From Lingula anatina (Eukaryota; Animalia; Brachiopoda), in NCBI GenBank assembly GCA_051362555.1, contig CM120640.1:69852788-69916787 (forward strand): DNA of 64,000 bases. Direction: 5' to 3'. Within the stretch, counting starts at the first letter, position 1, and the number at the start of each line of letters is the position of its first letter. The notes under the pieces are model-generated. The model ran no database searches. It was not told where the DNA came from and worked only from the letters and a program-made list of their open reading frames with translations. Position numbers and translations under genes: made by a program. Shown piece by piece: positions 50,259-61,571 of the stretch.

Positions 50259-50263
<5 letters not shown>

Positions 50264-53200
50264 AACAGAACAAAAAATTTATGTCACCACAGATGTGATG
50301 AAGATTTTCAGTTTTGTCCTGTAACAACTGCTCTTGGCATATGTCACCCAACGTTTCTTGGCCTGTCACTACTTAACCTAAATAAGTTGTTTCTGTGTTC
50401 TTTGGTATTTAACCCATTGCATGGTCTCTGTCAAGTATGGTAAACTTGACTGGGAAAAACCTTGTTTTTTCTGTTTAATGTAAAAGTAACAAAACTGGTA
50501 TTTCTGTTTTTGGGAATCTTTGGTTTAGATTTTTTTAAAGAAGACTGCATCATTGTAAAATGAAAATATTTGGTCTTGAATTTAAGCTTGTAGAAGTATT
50601 TTTCTGCTAGCAGGAAACATACATATTGCATATTTTCCATACAGATTGTTTGTATTTCCTTGTTTCCTTTATGTGTGACAATACGGCAGACTGTGTATGA
50701 AGATGATTATTAAAAATCCAGACACCAGGACAAGGATGACAATAGCCATAGAGTATGGTAGTTAAATGTAAGCTGAGAATCAAAGCAGCCCATTGTACCA
50801 GGTCTGAATGAGTAAGGTTATAACTCTTCCTATCATCATGTTACTTGATATCCTGATTGCTGGGTCTTGAACAGAGCATATCATTTTTGGGTCTCATGAA
50901 ATATTTTTTCTTTGGCAAAAAGCTGGCTTATAATGTTGGAATAGGGATCTTGAGTAGGGATACTTGTCTCAAAAGTAAAAACGTGAATTTTATAAAAATG
51001 TAACACAGCTTTGCTACATTATTAACAAACTGTCATTATTTTTAAATGGTTTGGCATTTATAAATGTTTGTTACATCATCTTTTTTTTAAAAATATGTCG
51101 ACCTTTGTATAGAGTGTTATGATTAATATCTTAATTATTTTTCAAAAAGTACAAACTATAACTTTAACCCTCATTAATTACCTGTGGTTACAGATGGTTC
51201 TTGTTAATTAACCCAATCATTGTGTGCAGTTGTCAACCTTTTGATTCTGCACATAAAAAAGGCAACTGTCACTGGTGGCATTCGGACTGTAAGATTTACG
51301 ATAAAGGCAGATTTTCTTTTTTTAATGCGATAATGACAATTACCATGGTTTATTGCTTGACTTTGATATTTAGTGAAATTTGACTTTGTTGGCAGAAACA
51401 GGCAGCTGACAAAACTTGAGTTCAGTGAATTGATTTACCAAAGTTGGTTCACAGGGGGACTATTTTCTGTGATTTAATGACGCTGCATGCAATATGCTAC
51501 CTTTTACAGTATATCACACACTACGTTAGGAGCAGCAAGCCTGTCTGGTTTCATCTTAGTTGACAGGGACGCTTGCAGATGATTGTTTTGGTTTCGACCT
51601 CACCACCAAGTTTACACAAAGACTTTACTTCTGCCCTCAGTTTACCAGTAGTGTTCTTTCAGCTTGAAAGGACAGCAGTTTTTAGGGCAAATACTGAGAA
51701 TGCTTTGTATATTTAACTTGTACCAGTTCTGAGTTAGTCTACAGACAGGCAACATGTAGCCTAATGGGGCTCGTTTCATTTCTGCCATATTGTTTTCAAG
51801 TTGCACTTTATTCCTTCCTCTCCAGAAGTGTGGGATGCCAGAGACTGATGACTTGGGCTTAAAAAGATTTTTTTTCAACCTTGCAGAATGCTTTTTCTCT
51901 TGCGGATTTTACTCTGGATGTAATCTTCTTTGCTAACAGACCTGAACACATTTCAGGATTTTGATGTGTTGTAAGTTTGATTTTGACTTTAGAAACTGCC
52001 GGGTATAAAGGAAAATCAGATTTAACTGCAGTACTCTATGCACATGCAAGATCAAGTTTGATTCTGAAATTCAGTTTTTTGATGCAAATTTCATCAAATT
52101 ATGTATTTGTGATAATTGTTTGTAGTAAGTCATTTAAATGCTGTGAATCTTTTATTTAACAAAGTCTATTTTTACTGGAAGCCTTTGAATAGTAGTATGA
52201 CACCGTATGTGTGCTGCGGGAAAGGAGAATCGACTGTTTTGAAGATATATTTCAGCTCAAACATCACTAAAAGTTGTGTTGCAAACAAAAGTTGAATACC
52301 TTAAATGGAATTGCATATTTGCCAATGACTTACTTCTATTTAGATGCAATTTTTCATTGAAAAATTTTTAGGTCTCTTACTTTTAATTTTATTTTTTGGT
52401 TTGATTTTTATTCAGATAAATTATGAAAGAAGAGAGTGGCTTTTGTAAAGGGTTTATTGTGAAAGAAAGAAAATTATTTAGTTTTTATAGTCATTTTCAT
52501 ACTCTTTTATTCATCAGCATTTCCCATTAAAGGTGTAACTAATTTTTAGATATATTATGTGCCAAATAAGGATTGTAAATATTCCAGAGTTCAGCTAGGT
52601 TAGCTAAGTGCCCCATTATTAAAATAGCAGCTGACCTGAGGCTACCAATTCACAGGTAAGTTCAGTTTAATAAACACTGTGTGAAAAACAGAATAATCCT
52701 GCAGCCTCCAAAGCCTAGCTTCAGGTGAAAACATTTTTTGCCATTAAATATGCATTAAAACTTCACAGTACTTTTTTAAACTGAGATTATCTTAATAACA
52801 GTGCTAATACCTGGGGAAGGGCTATATTTGCTATAAGTATATTTGAACATTTTTAATAAAACTACTTTTAAGAGCTGAAGTCTAACAAGTGAAAATTCAC
52901 TATGATAAAGTAACACATTGAAAACACCCAGTACAAAGTATGATACGTATTTTAAGTGTGCATACCTGACATAGTAATGCCGTCGATGAAATAGTTGTAC
53001 AGGGTATAAACAACAACGCTCAGCATGTCCCCACTGAGCCAATACAACTGGAATTTATCATACTCTATCCCAAGCCTTTAATCTGAACATGACAAAAGTC
53101 CATTGTTACTCGGCCTTTGAGGCACCAGCAGCCTTAAATGATTTAATTAAAGTTCTATAGACAGATTATGATGAGCTATACCTTGGTAGCTATCTATGCT

Positions 53201-54302
53201 GTGACATTGGGTGTATTTAGGCAATCTTCCGTCTTCCTGTCGTTAGCTGAGGAAATATTTAATTTGACTAACCTAGTATTTACAACTGGCTTATGTTGTT
53301 TGCAGAGTTGAGAAATTTTTGAGATGTTGCATTGATTTATAGCATCAAATAGCTACAGTGTCAACATCAGTCTTGTTTTCTAGTTCACCAAAGGTAAGAT
53401 TTCTGATTAAGATTATGAGTAATTGAATTTTTTTACATTGGAGCTTTTTAGGTAAAGTCGTTTCATTTGTTAACATAAAACCTGAGAAGTTTTTTTCTAT
53501 TTGCCATTTGACAGACTCATTAAGCTGAGATCAAAGACTCATAGATTTTCCTTCTTTTGGTAACAGCTCTCCTAATTACAGCAAAAAGTGCCTTATTAAT
53601 ACCAGCTGTGCAACAAAAAATTTAATCTATATGTAGGTTTCTTCTTTTTAATAAGCACTCTTTACTAAGCATAATTTTTAAGACGTACAAAATTAATTAA
53701 GTGACATATCACATTGGGAGCCAGTCAGACGTATTTTCTAAAACAATTAGAATTATCAGGGCAAAAAAAAAAAAAAGAAAGAAAAAAAAAACTGCGGCTT
53801 ATAGATGTTTAACCAAGTTAAATCCCATGCTTTCAACATTTGCTTAATTTTCCCCATCATGTTCTCCTACGCAAATCAATAGTAGTAGCATAGGAAATCG
53901 ATGCATGCTTGCTAACACCTGTTATAATTATCCATACTTAGGGGGTACAGTGTTTTTTAGCACTTCATTTATCAGATATACTTCTGCTTACATATCACAA
54001 GACAGAGAATTGGGTATAAAAGACGAGATGTTTGACACGTTATCCAGAGAAGCTGCCAATAAAAAGTTTCTGAAACTCCTGTAAGGTCATACTGATTATG
54101 ATGACCACTGTTAGAAGACAGTAAAAGTTACCGGGTTGGTCAAACTAGGATATTAAATAGTTTTAATTAATAGAATCCATTCAGTTTGGAATTTCTGATA
54201 TTTGGATCTCTTTTTTGCTCCAATTGAGATAAGTTTTTAAAAAATCATTCCGCCCTTGTATCAAAGGATAATGTTTTCCTAATACTGCAGCCCCTTCACA
54301 CC

Positions 54303-57201
54303 TTTATTTGACATTGATCATTGTTTTCCTTGGTCAATAATTCATTACAAGTGATCCCTAATCCAGGCATGATAATCCACATAGGGGCACAGTGCCATGT
54401 CATAGTTCCATTGCCCTGTATTGACATGTGTTCCCAGACCAGGATAAAGAATGCTGAGGGTATCAACAAGACGATTATCAGAGAAAATTTCAGGTATCCC
54501 GTTTCCAGATCCGAAGATGTTAATTACACGAGCTGTCCCGCCATGGATATTTAATGTGAGTTGATCTGGATATGCCATATCTATAATTGTAGGTATAATA
54601 GAAGGGTGGCTCATTTGAGGGAAGGGGGTCAACTGTTAAAAGAACAAACAGACTGAAGGGCACATGGTTTATGTTGAGAATCAGGTGAGAGAAAATATAT
54701 GGTGTTTTTGACACAGACTTAAATGTTGAAAGAAGTACATTATGTTGTGTTAGTGAAACAGAGGGATGTGGTTGATAAACACAGTGAGGGAAATTTGGCG
54801 GAAAAGTAGTATTATAGAATCTTTGAAGTGGCTTGTTGACCGACTCTCCTGCTGTGAAGGAGGTTATGTAATGACAACAGAGGGTGTTCATAACAGCCGT
54901 GAATTATGCAAAACTTCATGAAACATTTTCGACACTTTGCAAAAGGAACAAGTGTATTATAAGTGGTATTTTTGTGACTTAACACAAATGCAGTTTATTG
55001 GTTCAGTAAACATTATTTCATAGGAGATGTATATTGTTTGTGCAAGAAGGTAGGGGTTTGTCAAATATTTTATGTACAATTTTATTTGAAAACAAAAGTA
55101 TATGGTTCATTGAAATATTTCAGATGTAATTATCAGCATTTTTTTCAAAATTGAAAAAAAAACTTACATCTTGTATATGTCTGATTCAAACATATTATTT
55201 TGAAATCTAAGTCTTATCATTTTTTTTTTTTAATTTTCATAAAAAAAACTTCATGGAAAGAGTGAATGATATTGTTTCTTTTAATTTTTATACTGGCAAT
55301 TGTCAAATTTTAAACCAGAGTCAAGTCAGACTTCCTCTGAGGTAGATCTCACACCTGACTTGTTGATTTTGAGAGTTTGGACATTAGGACATTGGGTAGG
55401 ACAATGGTCAGCTGGTCAATCAACTTGCACCAAAGGTGACGCACCATGCAGGGGATAACACTGAAACAATACTTGGTCAATACAGCGACCAGTTTGCAAG
55501 CAGACGACAATTACCAACCGTTTGTGATGCCCTGTGGTTGGTCAACAGGACCATAGAATGTTCTCAATAGCCTGAAGAGAATGATGAAGAGGAAACCAAA
55601 CAACTTATATTGGGAAAAGCCAATAGTTAACAAATTAAAATAGTATTGGATTTTTGTCACATTCAATGAAATGTGACCACCATATATATAAAGTGTTACA
55701 TACATTTGTGTGATAGTAGCGCCTGGTGGATAGGAAGCTGTTGCAATCTTATAGTCTTTCAGTAAATTTACATGATTAAAAAATACATCATTACAAACTG
55801 TAAATGTAGGTCTAAGCTGCAACAAGCGTAAATGACAACCAAATATGACTTTACAGAATTACAATGTCTGTGGCAGATAATTACAAAAAGATCGTGGTGC
55901 CGTGGTTGGTTAGTTTCAGTTGAACAAATAGGAAAGAGATTTTACCGTTTTCTATTTCCTCAATTTGAAAAACGAAATCTCCATATAATTTGTGGTTAGT
56001 AGATAAGGTTTATCAGTGATCCTCAGTGGTTAGTTTATCCCCCATGCCACTTTGTAGGTGTATCTGAAAATATTTATCATTTCATAGGTATAGATAAAAC
56101 AAGGAGACTAACATGTGCTGAATAAAAAATTACAAATTAGTGGAAACTGGGTCTCTGTCAGCTTAATTGTTTAGACAACGACAAAAACAATTCTTTTTTA
56201 TCATATCCTTTTTGGTAGATAAGTATATATTTCTTCTACTTTCTTCCAATAGTTATAAGGATTTTAAACTGTCTTTAACTTGATTGATTTTGAAAATCTG
56301 TGACATAACTTAGGACAGACAACATCTTAAATAAAAGTCCTAATTGAAAATGTTGGTGCTGTTTTATCCTGTTAGAATGTGCTCAGGAGTTTCTTTTTTT
56401 TTTTTTTTGTAGATTTAATGTTAATTTTATGACACTGTTAACATGCTGTGAAATATTACCCACATTAGAGACTTGAGCCTAGCTGAAAAGGGCAATCAGA
56501 TGGGCATAAAAAGCCTCATAAATGTCACAACCTACTGTGGTGACAAACACAGATAATTGTTGTGCCTGGAGTAGACTGGAACTAACAAAACCAAAACTCC
56601 ACTTTACCATGTAATTTTTCTTGCTCCAAAAAATGCCTTATTTTTTCTATGGGGCATGCAGTGTCTCCCTGTGGGTGGTGTTAAATTTCACACCCAGTAA
56701 ACACTTGCATATTACGCTACCCAACACCACTGGAGCAAACTCTATATATTCTGTTTGCCTAAACCAAAGTTCACACGTCAAGTTTGGTAATGCGCTATTT
56801 TTTTGTTCAAATTGTATGAAATTAAAAGTTTCAATTAAGTCCATAAGAGAATTTTGTGCAAGGACGAAAGAACCACACTTGAAACTGAATTCTCAGTTTG
56901 CCCTGGAGAAAATAACATACTTTTCAAACTTTGCTGTACGGTCATTGCTTTGTAAGGAATTCACTGCAAGGAAAATAGGAATTTACTCAAACACAATTCG
57001 CACAAGTTGGTTTAGATGTAAGAATTTGGATAACATTCAACAAACTTACAAAAGTGAACATATATGGCACATTATGTCCACATGCATGAGTTACAATGAA
57101 AGGAAAAGTTGGGCAAAGGGCTCATTCAATGAAGGGGAAAATGGCGTTGAAGGCGCTCATACAATAACTCTGTATACGTGTGCCTTATCAAAGCAATCTG
57201 C
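54303..57201 (-). pseudogene. Candidate five-exon decayed gene or antisense spliced transcript
   Basis: Minus-strand exons 57201-57050, 56902-56608, 56063-55946, 55571-55519, 54632-54345 with AG/GT boundaries. One reading frame is kept across all junctions (about 300 codons, 8 internal stops, last 107 codons open). AATAAA at 54308-54303. Confidence 0.45.
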
Positions 57202-58804
57202 CTAATATTTGATTAGGGGCAGCGAGATGGGACATTTTTACCTTTGATGGCGAGCCATGCAGTTAGTGTTTTGATGAGCAGGTATGGTACAGGTGTACGT
57301 GGTGAGATAATCCAGGTATTTAAGTGAGATCTAGATTTGAAGGTGAGCCATCGGTGAATTCTGTCACATAAAGAGAATTATCCAGGATTATACACTTGTG
57401 TAGTTTGTATTAGGTGGTGAAAACTTGAAAGTGCCCGCCACTTTTGTACTGAGTGTGAAGAGTTGTGCTTGAGTTACTTAAGGTTGCTCTCATAGAACCT
57501 TGGGTTCAGACCAGTAGCCCATCGTTTGTTTCATAAATCACGAGCTTTTATAGGAATTTATGCGGAGATAAGAATTTCACATCAGGGGGACAATTATCAC
57601 AACATGTCAATCAGAGTGTCTATCGGTAGGTTTGATCTAAAAACACATTATCACTCTTCCTCCCTAATTAGTCAGCATAGTAATTGAGTCCATGGATATT
57701 ATCTGTCTGCAGGTATTGTGACAGTGGCTGATACATGGTTATCAATGATCAGAGATCAGGGTAGTTAGGATTTAGCTGGAGCCATTATACTCATCAGGTA
57801 TCACAGGACGAGCTAGTACAGATAAGATAGGAGGACACATAGCGCTTGCTCTAGATACTGAAGTTTACACACAGATTCACCACAGGGGGGATTGTTGATG
57901 GAGTAAGGTATTTTTACCATAGTTATTATAAAATGTAAGTATGTTTGATTTAGAAAGTAAATAAAGATGTTAAATCGTGTCTGTATTGTAGTATGAGAAG
58001 GTTAATCAACTGAGGAGTGCTGATAAAGATAGTGAATCACTGTGTACAGGGATTGGATATGGAGCCAATCTGTTTGTGTCTTCTGCACATAGCTATGTGT
58101 GTAATTTTCGGTAAGGTAAGCCGTAATGTACTTGTATAAAAAAATAAAGGTGCATACATAGCTGACACATCTTTGATTGAGGTGTTAGGGTTCATTGAAT
58201 CAGTGTGCAGGGAACCCAGGCAGGTCCTGACATCAGCATGCAAGCCGGATATTAGCATCTGCTTGGTAGGTGTTTTTTCTAATTGAAATTGACTGGCAGT
58301 GATTTGTGCTGATGTTTGTCAAAAAGGTGGCAATTTTTGATAAAAATGGAATCACAAATGTTCTGCCACGGGTATCAATACAGTAGTACTAATACAGAAG
58401 TATCTGTGACAGAATATTTGTGATGCAGTCATTTTACATTGTCAGGGATATGATTTGTAAATTTTACGTCAAATCCAATATTACTGAAAGTTTGATAACT
58501 ATTTGAGTGCATTTGCAAGTCTCTTATTAAAGATACAAATTTTTTATTTCAATTGTATTTTGATCAGTCTCACCAAACTTTTAAAAAAGTTGATTTTTTA
58601 AAAAAGGGAATTGGAAAACAAAAGAAGTTTTGAGATTTTTAGGATTTTTCATGAATGATGTAAGCATTCTTTTGCCTCAATAAATCAATTATTTTTACTC
58701 ACAGTTTTTTTTATCTGTAAATATTTAATCATTATTATTCTGTTTGAAGTTTATCAGTAAACAGGAACATTATTGCATCTGGAGGGTGACTAAATTGAAA
58801 ATTA

Positions 58805-59059
58805 AGGTAATGACTCAATCTTTTCAATGGGGAAAATTTTGAATTTTACAGATACTGTATTTTTAAGTCTTATTTTCTTAAAATAAGAGCAATCCTATTG
58901 AGTGTTACAACAAAATTGAAAAGCAGAATACCTTATAGTTGTATTATATGCATTTAAAGCACCACAAGTGCTAGGCAAAAATATAATTTTTATGGTTTTG
59001 AAATGAGGTATCTGAAAGTTTGATCATCTTTACCCATTGAAAAGACCAAGTCATTACCG
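58805..59059. mobile_element. 255-bp TA-TSD MITE with CGGTAAT-type termini
   Basis: TA|AGGTAATGACTCAATCTTTTCAATGGG ... CCCATTGAAAAGACCAAGTCATTACCG|TA. Confidence 0.72.
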
Positions 59060-60196
59060 TACTGTATTCATGTGCCAATACATGCTCACCATGGGAATAC
59101 AGTGGCAGAATACCTCAAAACATTGAATATAATTAAATTTTATACAGGTTATATGTTAGTTAGATAAAATGTGTAAATAGACAGATACCTAGATATAGTT
59201 CTGGGGTAAGCAAATATTTCAGCTGATATCTAGGAGCCACCAAGGATCAATTTTTCATCCTCTAGCTCAAACAACTTTTTAATTAATTTGGCAAGTCGTA
59301 ACAGAATAGGCAGGAGATTTTTTTTTTACCTAAGTAAAGTTCATTACAAGTTTAGTGGTACAGTTACACAATAAATTTGTTTAAAACAAAGAAAATGAAA
59401 TCAAGATCAAAATTGTAAGAGAAATGTTTTCCTTTTATGCTGTGAATTGTTGGCAAAACAAAGCTTTTGTGAATAAATTCCACATACAAAGGCCACAATC
59501 AAATGCAGCATAAGTTTTCAAGGATAATTTCATTAAACACCCATTATGAGCTGAAAACCAGTTTTATAAAAAGCGGTTTCTTTGCGAAATTGAACCTATT
59601 GGAACCATTATTGTTTGCATTACTGGGCGTAAAAATTTTAAAGAAGATATTCCAGCCATACTTGGCAATCTTAGCCCCAGCAAATATATGTTTATTAGCT
59701 ACTAACATCCCACAATATGGCATCAAAACCAGTTTATTCATTCATTGCTTCTGGCCAGGGCGTACGCTCTCTGTTCAGGCAACAAGAGCCTGTTGATAAA
59801 ACTCTTTATGGTATTTACTTATAGTATACACTGCTCTATGGACCTAATTTAGGAGTTTTATTTCAGGGCTCATGATGCGGAATAAGCCCACTTTCAATTT
59901 TTTTGCTGAAATGACTCATGATAAAAGTTTCTTTTTATTCACAACCCAATTTTAATGGTGAACTATAAAAATGTTTGTACTTTGATAAATGAAAAGTTTT
60001 GAGAATCTGAAAGATTTAGCTTTCTGTCTCAAAAGTTGATAAATTACTCTTAAAATTAATGTTTCTCCTTTTTAACTTTACAGCTTTTAACAAGCCGGCC
60101 CAAGATGTTTTTTACAAATGCAGTAGATGCAGTTGAAGACATTTTACACCATAAACAATTGTGATAATCTTTTAAAAAATCAAATCCAAGGTGGGT

Positions 60197-60198
60197 AT

Positions 60199-60241
<43 letters not shown>

Positions 60242-60244
60242 TTT
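60197..60244. repeat. (ATTT)n microsatellite
   Basis: About 12 copies. Confidence 0.92.
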
Positions 60245-61571
60245 GAATTGTTAGATTGTTAAATCGTTACCAAATTTCAGTCCTTTTAGTCGTATGATCA
60301 ACTAAGATTTTCATGACATGATCTGTTTTTTTTTGTTTTTTTTTTTGTTATTATTTTAATGCCCCTGTAAGATCATAAGGGTTATGTAAACTTGCTAAAA
60401 ACTTTACAAATGTTATTCCACAGAAGGCAAATATACAAGAGTCAAAACATAAAAATCAAGTCTACACCTTAATCAGTTAAAGTTCCAAATAACAGTAATC
60501 CCCTGCGTCATAGTCCATTATGTAGGCCCCTCTAATGAGAGGACCAGTGTTCAAAAAATTAAGGTAAACATTAAAAATTCCATTTGTGATTGACCTTACT
60601 GTTATTCTACATTTGCCTTTGTACACCTTAAATCCAATTGAGAGGTTTTCATAGAAGGTGTAATTAATGCGTAGGTTTGTACTGTATTTTCACTGCGATC
60701 TGTCCCTATGTTTGCTCAACAGAAATCCGACCCACACTATACATTTGGGTAGGATAATATCTCACAAATGAAAAGTGTTGATTCAACGTTTGTCTGACAT
60801 CGAGTGGGTATTAACTTAAAAGGTCTTATTTGTGTTCGATTTAGGAGTATTGCTACTTTCACATGTTTGCTAGAGCTGGTTAAAAGCATTTCTTTTTTAC
60901 CTCACCACTATCACGGACATACATTCCATCAATGACCCTGAAGTGAGGTGTAGGCTGTTGAAAACGAACAGTCACTTCCCTTAAAGGTGAAAGAGCAGCA
61001 CAGTCAAACTTACTCAGGATAAATCGTTTTTGACAAAGTTTGTAGATTTACCTTAACCGAAATTAAACCTTATAAATCCAAATCTTTGCTTGGAGTTCGG
61101 AAAATATTGACATGGTTTCAATTGAATGTCAAGGAGTTTGTTTATTGTATACAAATCTAGTATCCAAGAATTTTGTAGATTTTGTGGCTGGCTGATAAAC
61201 TTTCAACATCATCTGTATTTTGAGAGTTCAACTAGCAGCTTATAAAGTAAATTCCACGTACAAAGAAGTAGCAAGCCAAGCCTTGACAGTAAGACATTTA
61301 TCAAAAATATCTGTAACTTTTTCTAGGTTGAATCAAGGGATTAAAGCTGATACGTGATTGTATATCACAAGCCACATAACAGAGAAACAAGTCCACAAGA
61401 ACGCCAGGTATTTTGTGATCAGGAACAGCATAGTCATACAGCTATGGTTTGATGCCAAGCATAAGGAATTAAACCTTAGTGGGCTCAACAAGTTGAAATT
61501 TCAATGCTGTGAAGAGAATACAAGAAGATGGCCAACTATTGTACCCTGAGTATGTGGACAATGTTTCCAAA

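Noticed and set aside
56621-57205. 194-aa + strand ORF
   Set aside because: TTG start, no recognisable domain or splice context. It lies in register with the minus-strand decayed frame and is probably its shadow.
60420-60625. Degenerate inverted repeat (AAGGCAAAT ... ATTTGCCTT)
   Set aside because: Possibly an old MITE, but too diverged to define termini or a TSD.
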